Shown here piece by piece: positions 44,291 to 61,350 of a stretch of 64,000 nt of DNA. A program made the translations under genes and the position numbers. Below the pieces are notes generated by a model. It saw nothing but the letters and a program-made list of their open reading frames with translations. It was not told the DNA's origin and searched no databases. Every line of letters starts with the position of its first letter. Position 1 is the first letter of the stretch. The DNA comes from the human T2T-CHM13v2.0 reference genome, Homo sapiens: NCBI RefSeq assembly GCF_009914755.1, contig NC_060941.1, one strand, 5' to 3'.

Positions 44291-45409
44291 TCCTGCTTAA
44301 TTTTTTAATTTCTAAGATTAGACCCTTCATCTATCCATGACACCTGCCTGTCATCCCCTGAAAAAAGGTGAACGCCGTTCAGAAATTTTTCTAGCCTGAG
44401 CTCACTCCCAGTTCACTTATTTTTGCTTTGTCATGGCTGCCCAGTCCCCACTTGTAGACCAGGAATAGGTCATGGCTGCGGGGACTACACGCTGTCGCTG
44501 CTGCAAGGGCCGGCCTCTGTTTCCGGGGCTGAGTGGGGGCCAGACCTGCCAGGAGCACCATCTTCTGTGGGTCCTGCCTGGATGTCACATCCCGGCCCCA
44601 AGAAGTCACTGCAAACCTTCGTATTATTGAGCTTCACATCCTAGAATTTGCTGTCACTGTGGCTGCTGCATGAAGTTGTCCTGAGAGAAACGGGCATTGT
44701 CATTAACAGGGAAATTGATGGTCTGGGGGAAAAGTCATCCTCATTCTCTTGCAGATCTATGGGTGATTGAGACTGGCTGATGTTGAAGGGGTTTCTCAGC
44801 CATCGTGTGCCATGTTATGGAACAGTGGTGTAGCCAGCCATTTGACACCCAGCGCTGACCTTTGTTTAACAACCTCACCTATATATGACAAAATGATTGT
44901 CAGAAATAATCGTGTAATGAAATGACTGTAATAATGGCCAGAAAAGAAACGCAGATAGTAAAATGTTTCTCTTGTTGAACTCTGTACATATAATTGCACC
45001 AGGATTTTTTTCAAATAAAAAGTAAATATTATACTACAAAAAAGGGAAAAAGCACAAGCATTTATTAAATAGCTTTCTATATCTTTCTGAGTTTTGATCC
45101 TTTGATTGCAGACTGATGTAATATTTTATGTAAATCATTGCTTGGTTACTAAGTGAACTTTAAGAAAAGTGAGACGTCTGCAGAAGTTGCCCATAATTTA
45201 GCAGCTACTGTATTGTACCATTGATGTACGGCTTTATTTTCTTGATTAATTATTTAAACAATATAATTCACAATTTTAAAATAATAAATTTCCACTTAAA
45301 ATGGTATTTAAACTCAGCAAAATATATCATCTATGAGTAAAATTTGTATTTACCAAGCAAAAATATTACAGTTTGTGGTTCACATGCTGTCTCACTGTTT
45401 TAAATTTTA

Positions 45410-45730
<321 letters not shown>

Positions 45731-45933
45731 CACAAAAACTCCAGGTGGTCGCACAGAATGACAGGACTGAAGTAACTTAGCTCCAATTTCTGTCTTCATA
45801 ATCACTGTCCTACCATTGTCTGTGCTTAGAATCTACTTGCTTAATGCAGGAACATGTGTTCTCACAGAGATGGAAAATGCAAATGGCGCCAGAAGCAAGC
45901 TGGAAATTCTGAACCATTAAGAATTTACTCTCT

Positions 45934-46239
<306 letters not shown>

Positions 46240-46423
46240 GAACTTACTCTCAAAATAAATACGTGTGGCTGACTCCACATATGGTAGGGCCAACTGTATA
46301 ACTAGAAGTTCTCCAAATAACTTCTGTGGAGAAAAAAAAGTTTATTAAAGGTTAACTTTTTTAAAGTGCTAACTAGAACCTTACTAACACTGAGATCGCA
46401 CCAATTGTTTATAACTTAGACAG

Positions 46424-46728
<305 letters not shown>

Positions 46729-46869
46729 ACCTCTTGGACCAGGAAAATATTTTTTAAGGGAGGAGTATTTTATCACTGGCATTGTTTAGGATTGCAGGCA
46801 CATGATGCTAATGAAAAGCAGACTAACTATTAGTTGGTTTTATTACTGTTTTTGAACTCTCTCTCTCCC

Positions 46870-47163
46870 TTTTTTTTTTTTTTGAGACAGAGTCTCTCTC
46901 TCTGTCACCCAGGCTGGAATGCAGTGACTGCAGTCTCAGCTCACTACATCCTCTGCCTCCTCAGTTCAAGTGATTCTCGTGCCTCAGCCTCCCGAGTAGC
47001 TGGGATTACAGGGCACCACACCAGGCTAAGTTTTTGTATTTTTAGTAGAGGCAGGGTTTCACCATGTTGCCCAGGCTGGTCTCAAACTCCTGGCCTCAAG
47101 CGATCTGCCCATCTTGACCTCCCAAAGTGTTGGGATTACAGGCGTGAGCCACCGTGCCTAGCC
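46870..47163 (-). mobile_element. Alu (AluS/J)
   Basis: Antisense dimer; TSD CTGTTTTTGAACTCTCT. Confidence 0.92.
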
Positions 47164-47704
47164 CTGTTTTTGAACTCTCTAGAGACAGTCCAGCCCCTTA
47201 TTACTTGTCCTGAGGCAGCTGCTCCCTTCACCTGGCCCCCCGCATTGTGTTCCGGACCCTTGTCCTGGTGGTGCTAAAGAATATCTCTGTCGATCCTTTG
47301 GGGACTGGGGAAACTGAGGCCCAGTGCCACGCGATGCCATTTGTTCAGGGAAGATTAGGTCATCTGCTAGGTCCCCAGTCACTTGACCTTCTTCCCAGAC
47401 AGGAAGAAGCTGCTCTGGGTCTCTCAGTGCTCCACGTGTCTTTGCACATTGAAATGTTTTCTGATTTTTTTTTTTTTTTTTTTGCTGTTACATTTACTTT
47501 TAAAAAATAACAAGCAATAAAATGTTACATTTGAGAAGGTTGAAATGAGAATTGATTTGAGTTAAATTCTAGCAGATTTTTCTTAGAAGAATGATATCAT
47601 CATCTCCAGCTACCTGCAATTGATCTACTCTGAATTAAGAAAGAGACTTCCATTTGTTGTTTATATTTTGCACTCTTGATGTGTTTCTTTAAATTATGGT
47701 CATG

Positions 47705-47990
47705 GGCCAGGTGTAGGAGCTCACACCTGTAATCCCAGCACCTTGGGACTCTGAGGAGGGAGGATCACTGGAGGCCAGGAGTTCAAGACCTCGTCTGTAC
47801 AGTAAATTTTAAAAATTAGCCAGGCATGGTAGCATTCACCTGTAGTCTTAGCTACTTGGGAGGCTGAGATGGGAGGATTGCTTGAGCCAGAACTTTGAGG
47901 CTACAGTGAGTTATTTTCACGCCACTGCCCTCTAGCCTGGCTGACAGAGCAAGACCTGCCTCAAAAAAATAAGTAAAAAATAAATTAAAT
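47705..47990 (+). mobile_element. Alu (AluJ-like)
   Basis: Diverged dimer. Confidence 0.88.
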
Positions 47991-50887
47991 TTCAATCATT
48001 AGCAGTCATTAGGATATTTAAATACAGTATGTTGAATCAAAGTTACGCATGTGTGTATTTTTTTTTCCAGAGAGTTGTTTATCATGTGGGTTTTAATTTA
48101 ACTTTAAAAAAATGTTGGCTGGACAGTTGCCCAAATGGTATCATCAGCCATTTGGTTGAGAACGTATGTCCTGCGGGCTCCTCTGTCACTGGAGTTTTGC
48201 TAGCTGACAGCCACTGGCTAGTTAGAGACTGCAGTCAGCACAGATGCAGGCGTGGACTTGCGCACGTAACCATGTCAATGCAAAGCCATCACTTCTTAAA
48301 AATTCTGAACCCTGCTGTCTGAGATGGTGGTGCAGCGGATAGAACTCTGCTCTAAGAGGCAGTAGCTAATTCCATGTCTTCTTTGCCCTTGACTAGCTGA
48401 GTGACTTTGCACATGGGGCTTGCCTCTCTGTTGCCTTGTCTGCAAAGTGGAATCATCTTTTCCTTGCTAGACAGAAGGTGGACCCTGGACCTATGGCCTT
48501 TTTGAGTTTCCCCCCCGCTTCTTAGAAGGACCTCTGATCCTACTGAGTTTAATACCCACGGGTTAATAATTGGGAAAAGCAAAGGAAGCGCTTCTGTTTA
48601 GGTAATTATATGCATGTTTTTGTCTTTTTCTGGCTGGAAAGATATCCAAGCCACTGGGAAGGTCCGTGGCTACCCAGGGTAGCCCTCTCTGGGGAGGGCT
48701 GCTATATCCAAGAGCCCCTCATGAGAATTTGAAAATCGACCATGGTAGGGCCTGCTGACTTTTGACAGCTAATGGTGTGCTGAGAATTGTCCCTCCAAAG
48801 ATGCCTTTCCATTCCCTCGGGAGAGTCTGGGCAGCCCCTACTGGGGGCTGGGATGCTGGCTCTTCCCTCAGCCTCCACCCCAACTGCTCTCTTCCCTCCT
48901 CCCCTCCCCAGCCCCCTAATTTCTCTCACAAGGCTTTGTTCTGCAGCAACCTTTCCTAATGCAGTCCTGGCCTCTTCGCAGCTTCATTACATAACCTTCC
49001 GTGGACTCCTGGTCCAAGGATCACCCCAGAAAGCCAGTCAGAGGTAGGCACGCAGCTGGGGTCCATTTACTTACCTTCCCCACCCCCTCGGAACTCAGAG
49101 GTGGTGCAGGAATTTGGACTCCAAGAATTAACAGCTCCACCACCATCACCAGAGCCAAAACTCAGGATGCATGTGCTTCATCTGCTGCTTATTTCCAGCT
49201 GAGAGCCAGTGGTGCCATGGTTCCTTAGGGAGCCGGTCCCCTGATGCCGGCTCCTGGCCCCAAATCTCTCTGATCCGGGCTCTTCCAGAATGTCTTGTCT
49301 CCACCATCGCCTTTGACCAATGGTGTCCCTTTGCCTGGTAATGTCCCCTTTGCCTGATGATGGCCCTGTCACTCCTCTCTTTAGCACAGAGGAGGCTGTT
49401 TCATCCCTTCAAGCCTGCCCTCCCTTCAAGTCTTAGCTCAAGTTCACCTTCTCCGCAGAGCCTTCTCCAATCTTCTTGACTACGTCTCCTCTCAGCTCCA
49501 GCAACCTCTGTCTCTGGCACTGATTCCTTACTTAGCTAAGAGAATCACAGACACTTGGGGCTCAGGACAATCTGCTTTCTCTCTTCTTACCCATGGCCTT
49601 GGACTGTGTGTACCTCTTTGTCTCCACTCCCAAACCCAACCCCCAGAGGGCAGAGAGCATGTTGTCTGTCCCTTTGCTCAGCATGAAGCCATGCGTGTGG
49701 TAGATCGGCAGAGTTCCATAACTTGTGTTGACCGAGGGGTCACTTTGCTCTGAAATTACCCCTGTGTCCTTCAGTATTTGCACAGATAGCTTCCTGGCCA
49801 GACCGAATATATCCAAGGGCATGGCCCACCTCTGCTCCTGTTTCCAGGTCCCTGGTGGGGGTTAGTTCATGCCTTCCTCATAATCTGCCCACTGGCCTGG
49901 TCCTCAAGGTCTTCCCAACTGCTCAGCCAGAGTTGAGAAAATGGGTCGCTCCATCCTGTTTGTGTCGTTCTCTCCTTCCTGGCCCACTCTCCTGCCCACA
50001 GGTATCCAGGGGCTGCCTGTAGCATTAGAGGACATACATGCACATGCGTGGGCATGGGACACTCACGTAGCCTCCAAGCACAGCATCAATAATGCATTCT
50101 GTGCTTTATAGCATGGAAAGCTGCTCTAAACTTTATTACACAGTGGACATGTCTGAAGCAGCTCCCAAATCCACCCCTGAGTGTGTTGGAATTGGCAAGC
50201 CTATCACTTGGGAGTCTAGTTTTTTTGTTCGTTAATAATAGATGCTTCCTGTGGCCCCAGCTTGGCAATTTTGATTTAAAGTGATCTTAACTGAAGAGAC
50301 TAATGGACGGGTCTGAATTTGTGCCTTTTAAGCACAAAGTATTGCTCTTAATTAACTGGATTCTATCCTTTGAGCAGGCAGAGGCCTTCCCCCAAGGGCG
50401 TCATTAACGATCCACATCTGGACATCTTCCAAAGCCTTCTTCTGTTTCAGGCCAACCGCAGGTGTGTTCCTGAACACCCAGGAGGCTATGAGAGCCACAT
50501 ATGCCTCCCAAATACACACAGTGTGCATGCCCAGGGACATAGAGCAGTGTGCAAAGTCCCATTCCATCTCTCTCCACCTGGGAGAGGATGGCTCTTCTGT
50601 CTGATTCATGGCTCAAAGTGGTAAAGGAGCTCCCCACTCCCCGTCCCACGCCTACTCAGAGTCTGCAAATATGTATGCGATATGAGAGCTCGTCAGTTAG
50701 CTGTCTTCAGTGTGGCGCACATTTGAGGAGTCTGACTCCCCTCCAGCACAGGCCAATGTGCACTGCTCTCCTATCTTTGTACCCCCACTGTTGCACTGTG
50801 CAGAGGTTGGAGCCATAGAAGTACCAGAGCTGTGAAAGGAGAGGCCCCCTCTCACCTCTGCCCTGGTCTCCATCCCCACTTTCTCTA

Positions 50888-51290
<403 letters not shown>

Positions 51291-51715
51291 AGCCCAGAAG
51301 AGTGTGGGGAGAGGAGGCGGCCGTCATTCTGGGGCCCTCAGTGTGCACAACCAGATAACACATGCTCTGTGGGCTTTTGTACCATTTTGCTTGAGCATAA
51401 AGAAAGGAAGGCTGCCCCTAAATAGAAAGCACTCTGGAGGCAAACAAATCTGACTCCAATCCTGGCCCTGCCACTTTCCCAGCTGAGGACTTAGACAAGC
51501 ACCCTAGCCTCTTGGACATTCTCAGAGCCATCTGCTGCAAGTGGGTGCTGCCATACCCACCTTACTGGGCAGGCTTGGGGGACCAAGGATGGTAAATGGC
51601 TCAGTCTTTCATGATGCGGCCACACAGCAGGTGCGCCATCCAGGTCCATTTCTTTCCTTCCTTTCCCCCAAATCAAGTTGTCATTAAAGTACTAGTCCAC
51701 ATTAATGAAATCAAC

Positions 51716-52225
51716 TGTATTAATTTTCTATTTGCTGCTATAATAAATCATCAGAAATTTAGTGGCTTAAACCAACACAAATGTATTACCTTACAGTTCT
51801 GGAGGCCAGAAGCCCTCCATAGGTGTCACTGGGCTGAAATCAAGGTTTTGGCAAGGTTGCGGTCCTTTCTGGAGGGTCCAGGGGAGAATCCATTTTCTTC
51901 CTTTTTCCAGCTTCTAAAGGTTTCATGCATTCCTTGGCTCATGATCTTCTATAGCTATAGTCAGAAAAATTTTCCATCAATCATCTTCAAAGCCAGCAAT
52001 GGCAGGATGAGTCCTCACATCACCTTGCTCTGACACCAGTTCTCTGCCTCCCTCTTCCACATGTCAGGACCCTCATGATTACTTTGGGCTCACTCTGATA
52101 ATCTGGGATGATCTCTCTATTTTAGAGTCAGCTGACTGGGAACCTTAATTCCATCTACAACCCCAATTCCTCTTTGCCATGTACAGTGACATATTCACAG
52201 GTTCTGGGGATTAGGACGAGCCTGT
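51716..52225 (-). mobile_element. MLT1C/D-like MaLR LTR
   Basis: AAATTTAGTGGCTTAAACCAACACAAATGTATTACCTTACAGTTCTGGAGGCCAGAAG...ACATATTCACAGGTTCTGGGGATTAGGAC. Confidence 0.85.
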
Positions 52226-52270
52226 CTCTGAAAGGCTACTTTACATGAAAATTCATTTTTTTAATTAAGA

Positions 52271-52882
52271 TTTTTTTTTCCTCTTGAGACAAGGTCTCAC
52301 TCTATGGTTCAGGCTGGAGTGCAGTGGTATGATCACAGCTCACTGCAGCCTCGACGTCTCTGGGCTCAGGTGATCCTCCCACCTCAGCTTCCCTAGTAGC
52401 TGGAACTACAGGGGTGAGCCCCCATGCCCAGCTAATTTTTTTTTTTTTTTTTTTTTGAGACAGAGTCTCACTCAGTCACCCAGGCTGGTGTGCAGTGGTG
52501 CAATCTCAGCTCACAGCAACCTCCGCCTCCTGGGTTCAAGTGATTCTTGTGCCTCAGCCTCCCAAGGAGCTGGGACTACAGGTGTGCACCACCACGCCCG
52601 ACTAATTTTTGTATTTTTAGTAAAGATGGGGTTTCACCATGTTGGCCAGGCTGGTCTCAAACTCCTGATCTCAAGTGATCCACCAACCTCAGCCTCTCAA
52701 AGTGCTGGGATTACAGGTGTAAGCCAACATGCCCGGCCCCAGCTAATTTTTAAATATTTTTTTTGTAGAGATGGGGTTTTACCATTTTGTCTAGGCTGGT
52801 CTTGAACTCCTGGGCTCAAGCAAACCTCCCACCTTGGTCTCCCAAAGTGCTGGGATTACAGCATGAGCCACTGCACTCGGCC
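52271..52882 (-). mobile_element. Nested Alus: AluS (~52436-52738) inside the linker of an AluJ
   Basis: Right arm, full Alu, then left arm; duplicated CCCAGCTAATTTTT. Confidence 0.9.
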
Positions 52883-53929
52883 TTAAGAGAAGATTTAATA
52901 ATTAATACTTTACAACAAGATCTGGAAGAGGTGGGATGAGTAACTAAATGAGGATACAAGTAACCCGGGTCATATTTGCTAATACCCTTGGTCACATTGA
53001 ACTTGATATCTTATCAGATTTTCCTAATCAGCTCCTTTAGCAGCAGTGTTGCAGCATCTTATCTCATTTTGTTTTTTGTTTTTTTGCCTAGCACATGCCT
53101 GTAAATCACTGGATTGAGGTGTTTAGATGTTTGTTGTCCTTTGGATGCTTCTTATAAATCCATATTTCATGGCTCCCTGGAAAGTGCTATGCAAATGATA
53201 AGCTGCAAGGATGGAAAGGAAATTGCAGTGCTCCTGAATTGTAAATGGGCTTTTACGAGGAGGTTTCTAATTACTCGCTCTTTCTCTTGAACTGAGGAGT
53301 TGAAGTGTAGGTGGCAGATCCATAACAGATAATCATGTGTGTGATGTGACTTCAGCCTGAGCGTCGAGGACCAAGTCACAGAGCAGGAACAGCCACTCTC
53401 CAGTGTCCTTGGGGCTACGTCTGAGGAGAACCTGGGATTTCATATATGACCTGCACTGGCTGGGGGGCTCTCTTGACGTAACGTGTTCCCTCTGAGCATG
53501 TTACAGATTCTGACATTCTTATGTTCCTTCTGTGGAGAGACATGTACTTAGTGACCTAACTCACTTTAGCATATTTTTGCTCATCGTTTGTGTAGCTTAA
53601 AGGAATCAGATAATTACCCCCTCCCCACTACTTTCGGAAGCACAAATGCAATGCCCTAGAATTGTACTGGGGACTCAAAAAGAAAAGAGAGTAGTAAAAT
53701 CTATTAAAGGGGACAAAGACAGCCTATATACTACAAGCTTTCTATTTTTATGGCAGAGAATGCCATTTTCTAAGTAAACAGAGAACTGCATTTGACCTGC
53801 AATATCAAATGCATGGATTTGATGCTTTGGAAAGCAACTGTTTTCTGCGTTAATCTGGGTGTCTTCCGTGAAATGTCCTCCTGCCTTTGGCTTAAACACT
53901 AGCTTTGTCTACAGCCATTCCATCCTGAA

Positions 53930-54130
53930 CCTGCCCAATCTTGTCTGAATCCTGGTTTCACCACTGACAAGCTGTGTGTCCTTTGGCAAGTTACTTCACC
54001 TGTCTGTGCTTCAGAGTCCTCATCTGTGAGTTGGGGAATCTGGACAGAATCTACCCCATAGGGCGTAGTGAGGATGTGTTGAATTATCCCAAGTGGCTAC
54101 ACAGAGTAAGCACTCAAATGATGTCATCGT
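53930..54130 (+). mobile_element. MIR
   Basis: GCTGTGTGTCCTTTGGCAAGTTACTTCACCTGTCTGTGCTTCAGAGTCCTCATCTGT. Confidence 0.75.
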
Positions 54131-55214
54131 TGTCATGATTGCTGTTACCAGAGCCTAGAGTTCATTCTGATACTCGAGTCTGTGGCCCATCCAGCCCAGG
54201 TAAGGAATAGTTGGAGGAGTTGGGCATGTTCAGCTTGAAGAGGAGACGACAGGGGATATGGGATAGTTGAATCTGTGAAGGGCCCCCTGGGATGAAGAAC
54301 TGGCATGTTCTGTGTGGCTCCAGGGCACTGAGCAGGACCCATTTGCCAAAGTCTCAGGGACACAGTTTCTAGCTATAGACAGAAAAATTTTCTGTCACTC
54401 AGAGGATGAAAATAGAATGAGCCCCCTTAAGAGGTAATGAGCTCCCTGTCATTGGAAGGATTCCAGAAGAGCTAGGTAACCACTTTAGGTGCTATCAAGG
54501 GGCTTTTTTCTTTAAAGTCCTTTCCAAAAGCTTCTGAGATTGCATAAACAATAGGAAGCCATCTTGGTGCTTTAACACAAACTCTCCCCAGTGATGAGGG
54601 TTGAGCCAAAGCCAGATTGGCAAGCAGAGAGGAGACTTGTGTACAAGGAGTTCCTCGAGTCAATTGCTTTTTCCTTGTTCTAGCCAGCCAGAGGGCTCCT
54701 GTTGGAAAACAGGAGACCGGAGAGGCTGAGGCCTGACCAAACCAGCTTCTGCAGGCCAGCTGGGAGGCCACAACTCCTACCTACGGGAAAACTGAAGGGC
54801 ATCTCTATTTTTAGATTAGCAAAAGAAAATAAATTTAAGTTTGAGTCTCCTTTGCAACTTTTAAAAGACATCTTTATTGAGATGATCATTCACATTCTAT
54901 AAAATTCCCCCACTTTGAGTTACAATTCAGTGGTTTTAGTCTTCCTTGATGATTTTGATGGTCTTTTCTTAAGGCTCTTGGAAGACCCAGAAGCCTCTCA
55001 GACACAGGTGGGTGTGGAGGGCATAGCACAGAGGCAGACTTCTCATTTCCTGGGTCTCCCCTTTAATGACTCTCAGAGACCCCTCCTTCCCCCTGCCCCT
55101 GGCTTCTACCCCAGGGGTGTAGAGTTTTGCCATTTTCCAAGCAGAACTTCATTTCCTCTTCTGTGTCTACACTCTTTGTGCTTCTTTCTTGCCAGCTTTT
55201 TCTCCTTTGCCCGC

Positions 55215-55413
55215 CCTTCCTTCCTTCCTTCCCTCCCTCCCTCCTTCCCTCCTTCCCTCTTTCCCTCCTTCCCCCCTTCCACCCTTCCCCCCTTCCCCCC
55301 TTCCCTCCTTCCTTCCTTCCCTCCTTCCTTCCTTCCTTCCTGCCTTCCTTCCTTCCTGCCTTCCTTCCTTCCTGCCTTCCTTCCTTCCTTCCTTCCTTCC
55401 TTCCTTCCTTCCT
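55215..55413. repeat. (CCTT)n/(CCCT)n polypyrimidine microsatellite, i.e. (GGAA)n on the - strand
   Basis: ~200 bp nearly pure pyrimidine; final uninterrupted run 55375-55412 is ~9 units. Confidence 0.97.
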
Positions 55414-56002
55414 GGTATGTGACTAATTTCTGTTTCAGGACATAAATGTTGTCCAGGCTGTTCTTTGGTCTTTCTGTTGGATAATGGACATTTGGCATTG
55501 AGAGAGGCTGCTTTTTCTGAAATCATGTTCTTGGGGCCCAGAACCTAGGTGTGTGCTTCTGACTTTGTTTTCTTCCTGATCCAAATTCTGATATGTCCAT
55601 TTAAATTGATCTAGACCCACAGGGCACTGTGGGACAGATCCTCAGTGGAACATGACTCTGTAACGAGAGCATTTTGTTTTGTCAAAATGAGAACATATTA
55701 TTGCCTTTCATCTGATTGTAAACATAATACATGTTTATAAAACAGTATAATGAGACAAAAATGTAGACACTAATAAGGGAAAATCTCCCTAATTGTATTT
55801 CTCTTCACAGAGAAAGCCCCTGTTGGGCATATATACTCTAGTTTGTTTATTTGTTTGACTACACATATATGTATTCTTTTCTTATGTATAAAAATTCTGA
55901 ACATGCACATTTCTGCAACTACTGTTTTCACTTGATGATGCATGGACCTCTCTAGAGTGTACGTTTCTTCTTCCTTACAAAGCAGTTGGCTTCGCCCAGG
56001 GT

Positions 56003-56003
56003 A
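56003..56003 (+). promoter_or_regulatory. Probable rs242557, A allele (H1-specific, PSP-associated regulatory SNP)
   Basis: Flank AGCAGTTGGCTTCGCCCAGGGT[A]CACCAGGACACGGTTTTGGC recognised from memory; G would create an ApaLI site (GTGCAC). Confidence 0.8.
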
Positions 56004-56439
56004 CACCAGGACACGGTTTTGGCTCTGTCCCCAGGGTGTCACGGGACCAGGGGATGATCTCACAGGGTCTGCCATCTGCCCTGCCTGGCCGGAGGCTGCA
56101 TCGAGAGGGCCAAGGGGCACCACGTGTCGTGGGTACTGTCAAACAAGAGCCTTCAGAGCCTTCCACAGTCTTTCTTTTGCTTCCCAGCATTGCTTCCCCG
56201 CTGGTGGACTCTGAATCTAGAACTAGCTCCAGGCGCCTCTCCAAATTCAGACGGGAGCTGGGGCACTATTATAATGCAAATCTAGGCAAAGCCCTCCCAA
56301 TACCAGGATCCAGAATGGGGTGGGGCCCTTTGCCCTGAAAAGCTGTTTAGTTTGAAAATACAAACAGGAGACAGAAAAGTTTGGCTAAATTAATGGATAA
56401 AGTTTTAACGATGGTAACCATAGTAGGGTTCATCGACAG

Positions 56440-57010
<571 letters not shown>

Positions 57011-59144
57011 AGTGTGGCACTTCTTACGTGTGTTCAGCGGACACTGTTTATCTTCTGTCCCTCCAAGACGGTGCTGAGCTCAGGTCGTTCATTACTGGCA
57101 GACAACTGCTGATTTCCAACAGAATTGCCATCCTCTTCTCCCCTGCGACTTTCAGAGTGTGACCTCAGACTCAAAAATTAGAAGTGAAAACATCTTAAAA
57201 ACTATCACCTTTTCTTCCTAATCCTCCTCTCCCCTCCCTGTCTTCCTTGTTGTCCCCATCTAATGAACTATCATGGCAAAAAGAGCCCATTTCTGGTCAT
57301 TTTCTGTGGCCTTTCAAACTCCCACCTACCCCACTGCTCCTGGGTGCATTACCCGAAAGCTGAGACTTCAGTGCAGAAAGTGCCAGGCCCTCTGTCCCCC
57401 CAGATCGCCTTCCTTGTCTTCCCTGTGCTTGCCTGTCACATTGTGTGGGTTCCAGCGCTGGAAGGAATGAGGAACAGATTCTCTGGTTCTCCTTTTGAAG
57501 TTTACCTTCGCTCCACCACTTCTGAGACCTTCCCGGAAGTTGCCCCTTGTTTCTCTCCTCTCCAGGGCTGCCCCAGAGCTGCCTCTCACCTCTTCCTGCT
57601 GTCACCCCACCACCATCAGGGCAGAAGTTGGGACAAAGCCTCTCCTACTGGCTCCTGCTTTTCTCCCTTAGGTCCAGCCTCCTCTTCTCCATCTTCAGGA
57701 GTCTCCTTCTCCACTCACACGTCATGACTTCAGCACCTCGCATCAGTCCAGAATATGACTGCTTGTTCAAGTGCCACCTTTCTCATGCATTTTTTTCTAG
57801 TGACAATCACAGCCACCCTGTGGGGCAGGAGTGTCATCATCCCCATGTTTCAAATGAAGAATTGCAGTTCAGAGAGGGCAAGTGACTGGCCCAGCCTCAA
57901 CAGCTAGCCAGTGGACCCCACCAGGGCTTCTGACTCCAGTCCGGGTTCCCTTTCCACCCAAATCCATGGAGGGAGCTGAGCCGAGAACAGGTGTCCTTCA
58001 GGAAGACGTGAAGCCAAAGCCTCCACCTCCAAACTCAGGGGCCCAGGGAGTCCAGGCACCCATCCACTCACAAGGCTGGATATGGTGCATTCCAGGAGAG
58101 GGGTTGGGGGCGAGTGGCCTCTCTGTGTACCCGTGGGGATAGATGCGCAAGTGGCATCGCCACATCGTGAGTCCTGGCTTCATGGGTGAGCTCCAGGTCC
58201 AACGAGAAGCCAAGCAGGGGGCCCTTCAAGCTCAGCTTTGGGCCCGGGTCGGGGTACAGGGTAGAGCGGGCCTCCCCAGCCCCTGCCATGAGGCCAAGGC
58301 AGTGCATCGTTCGCAGCGTACATTCAGAAACCAAAGCCTAGGAGCTGGTTATCATTCCGGTTTACAGCTGATGGAAGAGCAGGTGCTTCCGAGAACCCAC
58401 AGTGCTCTTTGGCCAGTGACCCAAGGGTGCCTCTGAGAGGCCTCGCAGCACCCGGAGGTGCTGCTGAGGCAACGCCCTGACTGTAAGAAGGACCATTCAT
58501 CCTCAGAGAGTGGCCGTGATGCTGCTGCGACAGTCCCACCATCCCTCCCGACTCTCACTCCCAACAGACTTCCCACTGTAAAGCTGAACTCTCCAGCAAA
58601 TCACCTCTCGCCAGACTCTCTCCTCACTCTCTCTGGGTCCACTAGAGGTTCCTCAGCCTCTCTTTGCCTTGGTTTTCCCAGCTGTAAAATGGAGCAAAGA
58701 GGGCCTATGTACCCACAAAGGTGTGGTTGGAGCGACTCCTCCTACATTAGGGCCTCGAGTGGGGCTTCATGATTGGTTGGTGGAGGTCTCCAAACCCACC
58801 CAGTGCCACCGAAGGCTGAGACTGCAGATGCAATGCCACAGGTGTCCTTCCTCAGCCTGGGCAGCTGAACATCATGTGTAAAACGGGGATAATAAGATAA
58901 TAACAGCCCCTTGCACCTATGTGGCTGTGAGGATTAAACAAGATAAATGTGTAACAGTGCCTGGCTATAGAAATATTTACTCTTGTTATTAAGGGAAGAA
59001 TATGTGTGGCTAAAAAGGGATCGAAGATGTAAAAGCCAATCCCTCCCCCTCTAGCATATTTAAGGGTAATGTTGAGTTGGTTTGTGGACCATTTGCTGCC
59101 TGTTAGAGCTGGAAGGTAGGGACCCCCTCTCAACAGCGATGCTA

Positions 59145-59513
<369 letters not shown>

Positions 59514-59860
59514 TTAAGGGAATAAAGTAGGCTGCAGAACAACTGGTGTAATATGGTGCCATGTAGGGAAAATTACATGTGTGCATAGGAGAGGGGTCTG
59601 CAAGGTTGTGCCCTAAGATGTTAGAGTGGTTCCTTTGCTTTTCTCTTTTATAATTTTGTATTTGACTTTTAAATAAGGACCATAAATCACTTTTATAAAA
59701 TACATTCTCTCCAGCCCCTACTACTCCTTTAAAGAATAAGAGTGGTTTGCCCAAGAAAGACAGTTTTTTTTGCTCTGGTTTTCTTGATTCTGACATCAGA
59801 GGAAACTCCTTCTCATCCACTTGGGGCTCTGGGTTCAGGGGATTCATTTCAGGCAGATTA

Positions 59861-60331
<471 letters not shown>

Positions 60332-61029
60332 CTAAAAACAAAGGCCATCCAAGCATGACAGATTTACAAGCACTATTGGCTATTCCAGTAGTTACAATGG
60401 AGGAGAGAAGCTTTTAGTTAAAACAAACAAACAACACAACAAACCCAGAAACCTTAGGTCAAAACCAAAATTGTCCTCTCAGACACAATCTGGGAATTTT
60501 CTCATGACAGTGGGCATTAGCCAACTGACATCAGCAGCAACCATCCGTGTGCACACAGTGGCACCACCTCCTCCCAAAAAGCAGCCTTCATCTATGCCCT
60601 CATACAATCGTTGATTATTCTCTTTGGATTGAGGCCCGGAATTATTTAAGTTTCTTCTTGCCAGCATGAGTCTTTCCTTTCTGTATGCTCCTTATCTTCT
60701 CTCTTTAATTTGGCAGTTCTGCTTGAAATCTGGGTCTTTCATTAGTAGTAGTTCAATTTGGTTCCAGAACATTCTGTGGTGTGATGCAATGTGACCAGAG
60801 CTCACACTTCAGAGCTCTTCAAGGGCCAGTCTTACTGAGCACCTCCCAGTGGCTGCCTGTGTGCTGGGCGCCACTTGTGGTGGGCAGGAGAGAGGAGGGG
60901 ACACAAAAGGAGACACAGCTCCTTCTTAGAAGCTCAAAGTTGGGGACCAGCTGCCACAGAAGAGTATGTTTAGCATCTGAGACACCAAGATCCAGCGTCA
61001 CAAGGGTGTTTATTAAGCCTCCTCATCTC

Positions 61030-61350
<321 letters not shown>

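Noticed and set aside
54915-55526. PSFL/EGRK-repeat ORFs
   Set aside because: Translation of the (CCTT)n microsatellite.
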